Shown piece by piece: positions 17,135 through 26,436 of a stretch of 42,026 nucleotides of DNA. The stretch spans positions 1 to 42,026 of the IMG/VR virus record IMGVR_UViG_2734482779_000005; one strand, written 5' to 3'. The DNA is from a virus (lineage: Duplodnaviria; Heunggongvirae; Uroviricota; Caudoviricetes). The position numbers were made by a program, and so were the translations under genes. Every line of letters starts with the position of its first letter. The first letter of the stretch is position 1. The notes beneath the pieces are model-generated. The model saw only the letters and a list, made by a program, of their open reading frames with translations, was not told the origin of the DNA and made no database searches.

Positions 17135-17461
17135 ATGCCTCATAACCAAAATACCTGGCTGGAGTTGCTCCAGAGCTGGTGGCGTGGAGACACCCCGCTG
17201 GGCGCAGTGATTATGTCGATCGTTATGGCTGGTTTGCGCATCGCCTATTTTGGCGGTGGTGGTGGCTGGAAGCGAAAAACGCTCGAGATTTTGCTATGTG
17301 GCGCTCTGACGCTGACCTTTGCATCCGCTCTTGAGTATGTCGGATGGCCTAAATCGCTTTCTGTTGCCATTGGGGGTGGCGTGGGGCTGATCGGTGTCGA
17401 TGCTATTCGTGGGGCTGCAATGCGAGTAATCGGTAACAAATTTGGTAGCTCGAAGGAGTAA
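17135..17461 (+). CDS. Holin (lambda S-like class I)
   Basis: 108 aa with three hydrophobic segments and a charged C-terminus; LRIAYFGGGGG and VGLIGVDAIRGAAMRVIGNKF parallel lambda S LRGRYNGG and [20 protein letters not shown]. Confidence 0.65.
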   Translation: MPHNQNTWLELLQSWWRGDTPLGAVIMSIVMAGLRIAYFGGGGGWKRKTLEILLCGALTLTFASALEYVGWPKSLSVAIGGGVGLIGVDAIRGAAMRVIGNKFGSSKE

Positions 17462-17464
17462 TTT

Positions 17465-17941
17465 ATGCAGGCACTAAATTCCCAGCGTAAAGCTTTCCTG
17501 GATATGGTGGCATGGTCAGAAGGAACGGATAACGGGCGACAGCCGACACGTAACCACGGTTATGATGTTATTGTTGGTGGCGAACTGTTCACTGATTACT
17601 CCGATCACCCTCGCAAACTTGTCACGCTAAACCCCAAACTCAAATCAACAGCTGCCGGACGTTACCAGCTTCTTTCACGCTGGTGGGATGCTTACCGTAA
17701 ACAGCTTGGCCTGAAAGATTTTTCTCCAGAAAGCCAGGACGCTGTAGCTCTGCAGCAGATTAAAGAGCGTGGTGCTTTACCGATGATTGACCGCGGCAGT
17801 ATTCGTCAGGCAATCGACCGTTGCAGCAATATCTGGGCGTCGTTACCTGGTGCAGGTTACGGTCAGTATGAACATAAAATCGGTGACCTGATTGCCCGAT
17901 TTAAAAAAGCTGGTGGGGTAGTAAATGAAGCTGAGATATAA
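17465..17941 (+). CDS. R: Endolysin, lambda R-type lytic transglycosylase
   Basis: …NSQRKAFLDMVAWSEGTDNGRQPTRNHGYDVIVGGELFTDYSDHPRKLVTLNPKLKSTAAGRYQLLSRWWDAYRKQLGLKDFSP… is nearly identical to lambda R as I remember it. Confidence 0.9.
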   Translation: MQALNSQRKAFLDMVAWSEGTDNGRQPTRNHGYDVIVGGELFTDYSDHPRKLVTLNPKLKSTAAGRYQLLSRWWDAYRKQLGLKDFSPESQDAVALQQIKERGALPMIDRGSIRQAIDRCSNIWASLPGAGYGQYEHKIGDLIARFKKAGGVVNEAEI

Positions 17942-18317
17942 GCTGGTTATTGTTGCCTTCGTTGTTAGCGTCATTGGTTCCTTCATCTGGTCTGCTGGGC
18001 ATTACTACAGCAAATATCAGCGCGAAAAGGAGCGTGCTGATGAGGCTGTACGAAATGCTGAATCAGCAACTGCCATTACCCGTAACGTTCTTCAATCACT
18101 GCAAATCATCAATACAGTTATAGAGGCTAACCAGCATGCAAAACAGCAGATCGCACTGGAGTCACAGAGAACCCGGGAAGATATCAAAGTGGCTGTTGCG
18201 GATGATGATTGTGCTTCACGTCATGTGCCTGCTGCCGCTGCTGACCGGTTGCGGAAGTACGCGAACAGTTTACGTACCGATTCCGGCGGTACCGTTGCCA
18301 GCAAGCCTGACTACTGA
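17925..18317 (+). CDS. Inner-membrane spanin Rz-like (i-spanin)
   Basis: N-terminal TM (LVIVAFVVSVIGSFIW) followed by a charged coiled-coil region; directly after the endolysin. Confidence 0.6.
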   Translation: MKLRYKLVIVAFVVSVIGSFIWSAGHYYSKYQREKERADEAVRNAESATAITRNVLQSLQIINTVIEANQHAKQQIALESQRTREDIKVAVADDDCASRHVPAAAADRLRKYANSLRTDSGGTVASKPDY

Positions 18318-18474
18318 AACTCCCCAGCCAGTCATTCCCGAGCCGCTGACCTATGGGGCCAGTCTGGATCTGAATGTGAGCCTGCTTTCGGCGTTGGGAC
18401 AATGCAATATTGACAAAGCGGGGATTCGAAGTATCGATATGCGCCGTAACGCTTTGCTGGCAGCAGGCAAATAG
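18202..18474 (+). CDS. Outer-membrane lipoprotein spanin Rz1-like (o-spanin), +1 frame overlapping Rz
   Basis: Signal peptide with lipobox MMIVLHVMCLLPLLTGC and a proline-rich mature region; starts inside Rz and extends past its stop. Confidence 0.55.
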   Translation: MMIVLHVMCLLPLLTGCGSTRTVYVPIPAVPLPASLTTETPQPVIPEPLTYGASLDLNVSLLSALGQCNIDKAGIRSIDMRRNALLAAGK

Positions 18475-18500
18475 TCCGGACAAAGAACAGGAATATATTT

Positions 18501-18851
18501 ATGCCCCCTCGAACTCCAAAATCCTGCCGCGTTCGCGGCTGCCGTAATACCACGACAGACCCGTCAGGCTACTGCGAAAGCCACAAAAGCGAAGGCTGGA
18601 AGCAATACAAGTCAGGACAATCCCGTCATCAGCGCGGTTATGGTTCTAAGTGGGACGCTATCCGCGCGCGTGTGCTGCAACGTGACAAAGGCCTGTGCCA
18701 GTTGTGCCTGCGTGCCGGTGTGGTGCGCGAGGCGAAAACCGTTGACCACATCATCCCTAAAGCGCGTGGCGGCACTGATGCCGACTGTAATCTGCAGAGT
18801 CTGTGCTGGCCGTGTCATAAGGCGAAGACGGCCCGTGAACGGCTTAAGTGA
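18501..18851 (+). CDS. HNH endonuclease (terminase-associated)
   Basis: …CQLCLRAGVVREAKTVDHIIPKARGGTDADCNLQSLCWPCHKAK… HNH motif; sits immediately upstream of the terminase small subunit. Confidence 0.8.
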   Translation: MPPRTPKSCRVRGCRNTTTDPSGYCESHKSEGWKQYKSGQSRHQRGYGSKWDAIRARVLQRDKGLCQLCLRAGVVREAKTVDHIIPKARGGTDADCNLQSLCWPCHKAKTARERLK

Positions 18852-18976
18852 TAATAATTCTCAACTGTCTGAGGGGAGGGGCGGGTCAAATCTCTGTGGC
18901 CTGACGTCTTCCGGACTGCCCGCCCCATCGTTTTTTTATACCCGCGAAAAATGAAATTTAACCAGGAGTGCCGCAT

Positions 18977-19471
18977 ATGGCTGGAACGGCGGGGCGTTCC
19001 GGGCGTCGCCCCAAGCCAACGGCGCGCAAGGCGCTGGCCGGAAACCCCGGCAAGCGAGCCCTGAACAAAGATGAACCTGTTTTTACGCCCATCAAAGGTG
19101 TTGAGCCACCGGAGTGGTTCGCTGAAGAAGATCTACCTCTCGCCACGATCATGTGGCAACTGACAACCAAAGAACTCTGCGGTCAGGGCCTGCTGTGCGT
19201 GACTGACCTCGCGGTGCTTGAGCGGTGGTGCGTGGCCTATGAGTTCTGGCGACGTGCCGTGAAAAATATTGCCATACAGGGCAACACCATCACCGGTGCA
19301 ATGGGCGGCAGGGTTAAAAATCCGGAGCTGACCGCCAAAAAAGAACAGGAGTCCGAGATGAGCAGCACGGGGGCAATGCTCGGACTCGACCCCAGCAGCC
19401 GCCAGCGTCTGATTGGCCTGGCGGGGCAGAAGAAAGCCACTAACCCGTTTCTGAAAATCATCGAGTCATGA
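18977..19471 (+). CDS. Terminase small subunit
   Basis: About 165 aa with basic N-terminus, translationally coupled to the large subunit; AGGAG 8 nt upstream of ATG 18977. Confidence 0.65.
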   Translation: MAGTAGRSGRRPKPTARKALAGNPGKRALNKDEPVFTPIKGVEPPEWFAEEDLPLATIMWQLTTKELCGQGLLCVTDLAVLERWCVAYEFWRRAVKNIAIQGNTITGAMGGRVKNPELTAKKEQESEMSSTGAMLGLDPSSRQRLIGLAGQKKATNPFLKIIES

Positions 19472-21201
19472 GCCGGAAATCTTACCCCAACGTAAATGCT
19501 GCCAATCAGTATGCCCGTGATGTCGTGCGCGGAAAGATTGTGGCCTGCCAGTTTGTGATTCAGGCCTGCCAGCGCCATCTTGATGACCTGATGGCGGAAA
19601 AAAGTAAGTCGTTTCGTTACCGCTTCGACAAGGACCTGGCTGAACGGGCCGCCAAATTTATTCAGCTGTTGCCGCACACCAAGGGTGAGTGGGCATTCAA
19701 GAGGATGCCTATCACGCTGGAGCCGTGGCAGCTCTTTGTGATCTGCTGCGCGTTTGGCTGGGTCAATAAAGGCTCCCGGCTGCGCCGCTTCCGTGAGGTG
19801 TATACCGAAATCCCCCGTAAGAACGGCAAATCGGCAATCTCTGCCGGTGTCGCCCTGTATTGTTTTGCCTGTGATAACGAGTTCGGCGCGGAAGTGTATT
19901 CCGGTGCCACGACGGAGAAACAGGCATGGGAAGTCTTTCGTCCGGCAAGACTGATGTGTAAACGCACACCCATGCTGACGGAAGCGTTCGGGATTGAGGT
20001 TAACGCTTCAAACATGAACCGTCCGGAGGATGGCGCGCGGTTTGAACCGCTGATCGGTAACCCCGGTGATGGTTCATCACCCCACTGTGCGGTGGTGGAT
20101 GAATATCACGAGCACGCCACCGATGCGCTTTACACCACGATGCTTACCGGGATGGGGGCGCGACGTCAGCCACTGATGTGGGCCATCACCACCGCCGGGT
20201 ACAACATTGAGGGGCCGTGCTACGACAAGCGGCGGGAAGTCATCGAGATGCTCAACGGCTCGGTGCCTAACGATGAACTGTTCGGGATCATCTATACCGT
20301 TGACGAAGGTGACGACTGGACCGACCCGCAGGTGCTGGAAAAAGCCAATCCAAATATTGGCGTGTCGGTTTATCGCGAATTTTTGTTAAGTCAGCAGCAG
20401 CGTGCGAAAAATAACGCCCGTCTGGCAAACGTCTTTAAAACAAAACACCTCAATATCTGGGTGTCGGCGCGTTCGGCTTATTTCAATCTGGTGAGCTGGC
20501 AGAGCTGCGAGGATAAATCACTGACCCTTGAGCAGTTCGAGGGGCAACCGTGCATTCTGGCCTTTGACCTGGCGCGTAAGCTGGATATGAACAGCATGGC
20601 GCGACTTTATACCCGCGAGATTGACGGTAAAACGCATTACTACAGTGTGGCCCCGCGCTTCTGGGTACCGTATGACACGGTGTACAGCGTCGAGAAAAAT
20701 GAAGATCGCCGGACAGCCGAACGCTTTCAGAAATGGGTGGAAATGGGCGTCCTGACCGTTACCGATGGTGCAGAGGTGGATTATCGCTACATCCTCGAAG
20801 AGGCCAAAGCGGCGAACAAAATCAGCCCGGTCAGTGAGTCACCCATCGACCCTTTCGGGGCGACCGGGCTGTCACATGACCTTGCTGATGAAGACCTGAA
20901 TCCCGTTACTATCGTCCAGAACTTCGCCAATATGTCCGACCCGATGAAAGAGCTGGAAGCAGCGATTGAATCGGGGCGCTTTCATCATGACGGCAATCCC
21001 ATCATGACCTGGTGTATCGGCAATGTGGTCGGCAAAAACATGCCTGGTAACGATGATTTAGTGAAGCCCGTCAAGGAGCAGGCGGAAAACAAAATCGATG
21101 GTGCGGTTGCACTGATTATGACGATCGGTCGGGCAATGCTCAAAGAACCTGACGATTTCCTCTCATCTCTTGATCCGGACGATGATCTCTTAATTCTATG
21201 A
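19468..21201 (+). CDS. Terminase large subunit (HK97-type)
   Basis: 577 aa; Walker-A-like region (…[14 protein letters not shown]…) and C-terminal nuclease-type acidic residues; operon position. Confidence 0.85.
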   Translation: MSRKSYPNVNAANQYARDVVRGKIVACQFVIQACQRHLDDLMAEKSKSFRYRFDKDLAERAAKFIQLLPHTKGEWAFKRMPITLEPWQLFVICCAFGWVNKGSRLRRFREVYTEIPRKNGKSAISAGVALYCFACDNEFGAEVYSGATTEKQAWEVFRPARLMCKRTPMLTEAFGIEVNASNMNRPEDGARFEPLIGNPGDGSSPHCAVVDEYHEHATDALYTTMLTGMGARRQPLMWAITTAGYNIEGPCYDKRREVIEMLNGSVPNDELFGIIYTVDEGDDWTDPQVLEKANPNIGVSVYREFLLSQQQRAKNNARLANVFKTKHLNIWVSARSAYFNLVSWQSCEDKSLTLEQFEGQPCILAFDLARKLDMNSMARLYTREIDGKTHYYSVAPRFWVPYDTVYSVEKNEDRRTAERFQKWVEMGVLTVTDGAEVDYRYILEEAKAANKISPVSESPIDPFGATGLSHDLADEDLNPVTIVQNFANMSDPMKELEAAIESGRFHHDGNPIMTWCIGNVVGKNMPGNDDLVKPVKEQAENKIDGAVALIMTIGRAMLKEPDDFLSSLDPDDDLLIL

Positions 21202-21359
21202 AATCACTAATTGCTGATGTTATCGGGCTGGCTGGTTTTGGCCTGCTTACGTGCGGGGTTTACCTGCAGTTTGGTATGGCTCCGGCTCTGATTTTGTCCG
21301 GTGCTTTACTGCTGGTGGGCGCACTGGCTATGGCCAGAAGGGGGACGCGTGCTGCTTGA
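21199..21359 (+). CDS. Small putative membrane protein (53 aa) between terminase and portal
   Basis: Hand-translated [53 protein letters not shown]; two hydrophobic segments; below track threshold. Confidence 0.3.
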
Positions 21360-22575
21360 TGCTCTGTTCAGAAGTAAATCACTGGAGAATCCTTCCACCC
21401 CGATAACCGGGGATGCCGTTGATACTGATGGGCTGTTCCGGGCAGACGTTTATGTCAGTCCTGAGACTGCGATGAAACTGGCTGCGGTGTATTCCTGTAT
21501 CTATGTCCTGTCTTCCAGCCTTGCCCAGATGCCGTTGCATGTTATGCGCAGGCACAAGGGGAAGGTTGAACCCGCACGCGATCATCCGGCGTTTTATCTG
21601 GTTCATGATGAGCCCAATACCTGGCAAACCAGCTACAAATGGCGCGAACTGAAGCAACGTCACATCCTTGGCTGGGGGAATGGGTATACCTGGGTGAAAC
21701 GTAATCGTCGCGGTGAAGTCATATCCCTGGATTGCTGTATGCCGTGGGAAACGACGCTGATGAATACTGGTGGCCGATATACCTACGGTTTGTACAACGA
21801 ATATGGGGCGTTTGCGATCAGTCCGGACGATATGATCCACATCCGTGCGCTGGGTAATAATCAGAAGATGGGGCTGAGTCCGATTATGCAACATGCCGAA
21901 ACAATAGGCATGGGGATGAGCGGTCAGAAGTACACAGAAAGCTTCTTCAGCGGTAATGCCCGTCCGGCGGGGATAGTATCCGTTAAAAGCGGACTCAATA
22001 AGGAAAGCTGGGGCTGGCTTAAAGATCAGTGGCAGAAGGCATCGCAGGCGTTACGCCGCCAGGAAAACAAAACCATGCTGCTGCCAGCCGATCTGGATTA
22101 CAAGGCACTGACTGTGTCGCCAGTTGACGCTCAGATCATTGACATGATGAAGCTGAACCGTTCAATGATCGCCGGTATTTTCAATATTCCTGCGCACATG
22201 ATTAATGACCTCGAAAAAGCCACCTTCTCCAATATTTCTGCGCAGGCGATTCAGTTTGTCCGCTACACGATGATGCCGTGGGTGACGAACTGGGAGCAGG
22301 AGCTTAACCGTCGCTTGTTTACCCGCGCTGAGTTAGCCGCCGGGTATTACGTCAGGTTCAATCTGACGGGGCTTTTACGCGGAACTCCGCAGGAGCGCGC
22401 GCAATTCTATCACTTCGCTATTACCGATGGATGGATGAGCCGTAATGAGGCCCGCGCATTCGAGGATATGAATCCGGTTGAAGGGCTGGACGAGATGCTG
22501 GTAAGCGTGAATGCTGCTAACCCGGCAGGAGATTTTAAGCCCCCAAAAAACGATGAGGGAAAAACCAATGAATGA
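21349..22575 (+). CDS. Portal protein (HK97 family)
   Basis: About 409 aa; start assigned to GTG 21349 preceded by AGGGGGA (track gives 21301); position and size fit a portal. Confidence 0.75.
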   Translation: MLLDALFRSKSLENPSTPITGDAVDTDGLFRADVYVSPETAMKLAAVYSCIYVLSSSLAQMPLHVMRRHKGKVEPARDHPAFYLVHDEPNTWQTSYKWRELKQRHILGWGNGYTWVKRNRRGEVISLDCCMPWETTLMNTGGRYTYGLYNEYGAFAISPDDMIHIRALGNNQKMGLSPIMQHAETIGMGMSGQKYTESFFSGNARPAGIVSVKSGLNKESWGWLKDQWQKASQALRRQENKTMLLPADLDYKALTVSPVDAQIIDMMKLNRSMIAGIFNIPAHMINDLEKATFSNISAQAIQFVRYTMMPWVTNWEQELNRRLFTRAELAAGYYVRFNLTGLLRGTPQERAQFYHFAITDGWMSRNEARAFEDMNPVEGLDEMLVSVNAANPAGDFKPPKNDEGKTNE

Positions 22576-23170
22576 CCGTGAAATCCGTTGTTACAGCGGT
22601 GAGGTGCGTGCTGAGAGGCATGACGATAACCCGGCGCACATTATCGGTTATGGATCGGTGTTTGACTGTCGTTCTGAGCTGATATTCGGTTCATTCCGCG
22701 AAATCATCCGGCCCGGCGCTTTTGACGATGTGCTTGGTGATGATGTCCGCGCACTGTTTAACCACGATCCTAATTTTATTCTTGGGCGTAGTGCAGCAGG
22801 CACGCTGAATCTTTCAGTTGATGAGCGCGGATTACGCTATGACATCCAGGCTCCGGAGACACAGACCATTCGTGATCTGGTGCTGGCCCCGATGCAACGT
22901 GGAGATATTAACCAGTCATCTTTTGCTTTCCGTGTCGCCCGTGACGGCGAGGAGTGGTATCAGGATGAGGACGGGGTTGTTATTCGCGAGATAACCCGCT
23001 TTTCCCGTCTGCTGGATGTCAGTCCTGTGACATATCCTGCCTATCAGGAGGCTGACTCGGCTGTTCGCTCCATGAAAGCATGGCAGGAGGCGCGCAACAG
23101 CGGCGCGCTACAGAAAGCCATTAATCAACGTATGGCGCGTGAACGCGTCCTGACCCTTCTTAACGCGTAA
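22568..23170 (+). CDS. Prohead maturation protease (HK97 family)
   Basis: About 200 aa from MNDREIRCYSGE…; sits between portal and major capsid; GAGGGA SD. Confidence 0.75.
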   Translation: MNDREIRCYSGEVRAERHDDNPAHIIGYGSVFDCRSELIFGSFREIIRPGAFDDVLGDDVRALFNHDPNFILGRSAAGTLNLSVDERGLRYDIQAPETQTIRDLVLAPMQRGDINQSSFAFRVARDGEEWYQDEDGVVIREITRFSRLLDVSPVTYPAYQEADSAVRSMKAWQEARNSGALQKAINQRMARERVLTLLNA

Positions 23171-23180
23171 AGGAAACATC

Positions 23181-24410
23181 ATGAAACTGCATGAACTGAA
23201 ACAGAAACGTAATACTATCGCAACTGACATGCGCGCCCTGAATGAAAAAATTGGTGATAACGCATGGACGGAAGAGCAGCGCACTGAGTGGAACAAAGCA
23301 AAATCCGAACTGGAAGCTCTTGATGAACGAATTGCACGCGAAGAAGAACTGCGTCGTCAGGATCAGGCGTACATTGAAAGCAATGAGGAAGAGCAGCGTC
23401 AGAATCTTGATCCGGAAAACAATTCGCAACAGGATGAGAAACGAGCTCAGGTTTTTGATAAGTGGATGCGTCACGGTGCCAGTGAGCTGACATCAGAAGA
23501 GCGAAAGGCGTTGTGTGAACTTCGTGCCCAGGGTGTAGCTCAGGATGAAAAGGGCGGATATACCGTACCAGAAACATTCCTGGCGAAAGTTGTTGAGAAG
23601 ATGAAATCCTACGGTGGCATCGCCAGTGTGGCGAAGATTCTGACCACTTCTGACGGTCGCACCATGGAGTGGGCAACAGCTGATGGTACTTCCGAAGTTG
23701 GTGTTCTGCTGGGCGAAAATGAAGAAGCCGGTGAAGAAGACACCGATTTCGGTATGGGAAGTCTTGGGGCGCTCAAAATGACATCGAAAATCATTCGTGT
23801 GTCTAATGAGTTGCTGCAGGACAGCGCGATCGATATGGAAGCTTATCTTGCCCGTCGCATTGCTGAACGTATTGGTCGTGGTGAAGCCCGTTATCTGATT
23901 CAGGGGACGGGGGCTGGTACGCCTAAACAACCCAAAGGGCTGGTCGCATCTGTGACCGGCACAACACAGACTGCCGCGGCAAATACGGTGAAGTGGCAGG
24001 AAATTCTGGCTCTGAAACACAGCATTGATCCTGCATATCGTCGCGGACCGAAATTCCGCCTGGCGTTTAACGATAATACGCTGAAACTGATCAGTGAGAT
24101 GGAAGACGGTCAGGGACGCCCTTTATGGTTGCCGGATATTGTTGGTGTGGCACCTGCTTCAGTGTTGAATGTACCGTATGTCATTGATCAGGAAATTGAT
24201 GATATCGGGGCGGGTAAAAAATTCATGTTCTGTGGTGACTTTGATCGCTTCATTATCCGTCGTGTGCGATACATGATTCTTAAACGTCTGGTTGAGCGTT
24301 ACGCGGAATATGATCAGACCGGTTTTCTGGCCTTCCATCGTTTTGACTGTATCCTGGAAGACACCTCTGCCATTAAAGCGCTGGTGGGGAAAGGTAGCGT
24401 TGGTGGTTGA
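23181..24410 (+). CDS. Major capsid protein (HK97 fold) with N-terminal coiled-coil delta/scaffold domain
   Basis: 409 aa; charged coiled-coil N-terminal ~100 aa followed by the capsid body; strong terminator directly downstream. Confidence 0.8.
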   Translation: MKLHELKQKRNTIATDMRALNEKIGDNAWTEEQRTEWNKAKSELEALDERIAREEELRRQDQAYIESNEEEQRQNLDPENNSQQDEKRAQVFDKWMRHGASELTSEERKALCELRAQGVAQDEKGGYTVPETFLAKVVEKMKSYGGIASVAKILTTSDGRTMEWATADGTSEVGVLLGENEEAGEEDTDFGMGSLGALKMTSKIIRVSNELLQDSAIDMEAYLARRIAERIGRGEARYLIQGTGAGTPKQPKGLVASVTGTTQTAAANTVKWQEILALKHSIDPAYRRGPKFRLAFNDNTLKLISEMEDGQGRPLWLPDIVGVAPASVLNVPYVIDQEIDDIGAGKKFMFCGDFDRFIIRRVRYMILKRLVERYAEYDQTGFLAFHRFDCILEDTSAIKALVGKGSVGG

Positions 24411-24436
24411 TTAGTCTTTTTACGTAATACAGCACG

Positions 24437-24456
24437 CCGCGTAATGCGGTTTTTTT
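24437..24456 (+). terminator. Rho-independent terminator after the major capsid gene
   Basis: ccgc-gtaat-gcgg followed by ttttttt. Confidence 0.55.
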
Positions 24457-24478
24457 GTGCCCGCGTTCTGGCGGGCAC
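24457..24478 (+). other. 8-bp GC-rich stem-loop (gtgcccgc / gcgggcac) abutting the SD of the next gene
   Basis: Read directly; the 3' arm ends where AGGAGG (24478-24483) of the connector gene begins. Confidence 0.45.
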
Positions 24479-24488
24479 AGGAGGTTTT

Positions 24489-24812
24489 ATGCTGTTAAAA
24501 ATGGAAGAGATTAAGCTTCAGCTCCGTCTGGATGATGATTTCTCTGATGAAGATGAGTTGCTTGAACTGCTTGGTAAGGCCGCTCAGAGTCGTACGGAAA
24601 ACTTCCTTAACCGTAAGTTGTATGCAACCGCAGATGACAGGCCTGCGGATGATCCTGATGGGCTTGTGATATCTGATGATGTGAAGCTGGCGCTTCTGCT
24701 ACTTGTCAGCCATTTCTACGAAAACCGCTCAACGGTTACAGACGTTGAGAAAATGGAGTTGCCAATGAGTTTTAACTGGTTGGTTGCTCCTTATCGCCTT
24801 ATACCACTATGA
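24489..24812 (+). CDS. Head-tail connector protein (gp6-like)
   Basis: About 107 aa from MLLKMEEIKL… with AGGAGG SD; first gene after the capsid terminator. Confidence 0.55.
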   Translation: MLLKMEEIKLQLRLDDDFSDEDELLELLGKAAQSRTENFLNRKLYATADDRPADDPDGLVISDDVKLALLLLVSHFYENRSTVTDVEKMELPMSFNWLVAPYRLIPL

Positions 24813-25219
24813 AAATTCGTCAGGCGCAGACCAGCGCAACCTACATACTGCCGGACCCCGGCGAACTGAATAAACGCGTCCTGATCCGCCAGCGGGTGGA
24901 TATGCCCGCGGATAACTTTGGCGTGGAGCCTCAATACCCGGTTGCGTTCCGGGCATGGGCGAAGGTTATCCAGACCAGTGCCACCACCTGGCAGGAAACC
25001 GCGCAGACCGGAGATGCCATCACCCATTACATCACCATTCGCTACCGCCGCGGGATCACTGCTGATTATGAGGTGGTCTGTGATGACAGTGTGTACCGGG
25101 TGAAACGTCAGCGCGATCTGAACGGGGCGCGGCGCTTTCTGCTGCTGGAGTGTACGGAACTGGGCGAATTTACGCAGAGTCACGGAGGCAGCAATGGCGA
25201 CTCCCTTTTTTCACGTTGA
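24809..25219 (+). CDS. Head closure / head-tail adaptor protein
   Basis: 136 aa; position and size in an HK97-type head-completion cluster. Confidence 0.5.
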   Translation: MKIRQAQTSATYILPDPGELNKRVLIRQRVDMPADNFGVEPQYPVAFRAWAKVIQTSATTWQETAQTGDAITHYITIRYRRGITADYEVVCDDSVYRVKRQRDLNGARRFLLLECTELGEFTQSHGGSNGDSLFSR

Positions 25220-25700
25220 TGTTCAGCAGCCCGCGGAGATGCGCTTTAACCGCGCCCGTGTCCGGCGGGCGTTTGTCACGATTGGGCAGCGTCATATGCG
25301 TGATGCCCGTCGGCTGGTGATGCGCCGTGCGCGGTCGGCACCGGGTGAAAACCCCGGTTATCAGACCGGACGCCTGGCTCGTTCGATTGGTTATATGGTG
25401 CCGAGAGCCAGTAAAAAGCGAGCCGGTTTTATGACACGCATTGCCCCTAACCAGCGCAACGGGAAGGGGAACCGGATGATCTCTGGTGACTTCTATCCGG
25501 CGTTTCTGTTTTTTGGTGTCCGGGGAGGAGCAAAACGTCGTCGTAGTCATCATCGTGGTGCATCCGGTGGCAGCGGCTGGCGACTGGCTCCACGTAATAA
25601 CTTCATGGTGGAAACTCTTGAAAAGAACCGCAGCTGGACACGCTATTTTCTGGCGCGGGAATTGCGTAAATCACTGAAGCCGGAGCGACGACACAGATGA
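25194..25700 (+). CDS. HK97 gp10-like tail-completion protein
   Basis: 168 aa, basic; positional. Confidence 0.45.
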   Translation: MATPFFHVDVQQPAEMRFNRARVRRAFVTIGQRHMRDARRLVMRRARSAPGENPGYQTGRLARSIGYMVPRASKKRAGFMTRIAPNQRNGKGNRMISGDFYPAFLFFGVRGGAKRRRSHHRGASGGSGWRLAPRNNFMVETLEKNRSWTRYFLARELRKSLKPERRHR

Positions 25701-26257
25701 AACTGACGCCTGTTATTGCTGCGCTGCGTGCCCGCTGCCCGTATTTTGAAAACCGGGTGGCAGGCGCGGCACAGTTCAAAAATCTGCCGGAGGTCGGAAA
25801 GCTGAGACTCCCGGCGGCGTATGTGGTACCGGGTGATGACTCTCCGGGAGAAAACAAAAGCCAGACCGACTACTGGCAGGAGCTGAAAGAGGGCTTCTCC
25901 GTGGTTGTCATACTGAGTAACGGGCGTGATGAGCGCGGTCAGTTTGCCTCGTATGATGTGGTGGACGATGTCCGGCAGATGCTCTTTAAGGCCCTGCTGG
26001 GCTGGAACCCGGAAGCGTGCGGTAACCCGATTACCTATGACGGCGGCACGCTGCTGGATCTGAATCGTCATGAGCTGATTTATCAGTTCGATTTTTCGGT
26101 CATCAGCGAGCTGACTGAAGACGATACCCGCCAGCAGGATGATCTGAACAGTCTGGATGAACTGCAAACGCTGGCGATTGATGTTGATTATCTCGAGCCC
26201 GGTAACGGGCCTGACGGCGATATCGAACATCACACCGAAATAACCCTTCCTTCCTGA
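25697..26257 (+). CDS. Tail terminator/neck protein (hypothetical, acidic)
   Basis: 186 aa; immediately upstream of the sheath gene. Confidence 0.4.
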   Translation: MKLTPVIAALRARCPYFENRVAGAAQFKNLPEVGKLRLPAAYVVPGDDSPGENKSQTDYWQELKEGFSVVVILSNGRDERGQFASYDVVDDVRQMLFKALLGWNPEACGNPITYDGGTLLDLNRHELIYQFDFSVISELTEDDTRQQDDLNSLDELQTLAIDVDYLEPGNGPDGDIEHHTEITLPS

Positions 26258-26265
26258 GGAGCCTC

Positions 26266-26436
26266 ATGTTTGTCAAACCTGTTAAAGGGCGGTCAGTTCC
26301 TGACCCTGCCCGCGGCGACCTTTTGCCCGCCGAAGGGCGAAATGTTGACGAGAACAACTACTGGCTGCGCCGTGAAGCAGCGGGTGATATCCGGCGCGTG
26401 AATAAAAAGGTGAATACCGATGACGATAAGCTTTAA
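26266..26436 (+). CDS. Small hypothetical protein (56 aa) preceding the sheath gene
   Basis: Hand-translated MFVKPVKGRSVPDPARGDLLPAEGRNVDENNYWLRREAAGDIRRVNKKVNTDDDKL with GAGGAG SD; overlaps the sheath start by 17 nt. Confidence 0.3.
   Translation: MFVKPVKGRSVPDPARGDLLPAEGRNVDENNYWLRREAAGDIRRVNKKVNTDDDKL

Noticed and set aside
18852-18960. Hairpin-like GC-rich element (ggggcggg…cccgcccc plus T-run) after the HNH gene as a terminator
   Set aside because: The loop is too long for a typical intrinsic terminator and the location immediately upstream of the small terminase subunit is where cos/packaging sites of HK97-like phages lie; function left unassigned.
25643-26233. Long minus-strand ORFs inside the head/tail structural genes (this one and others such as 27227-27643, 29681-30010, 31880-32377, 33532-33825, 35991-36389)
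   Set aside because: All are antisense to well-supported structural genes in GC-rich sequence, with Arg/His/Cys-rich translations typical of shadow ORFs.
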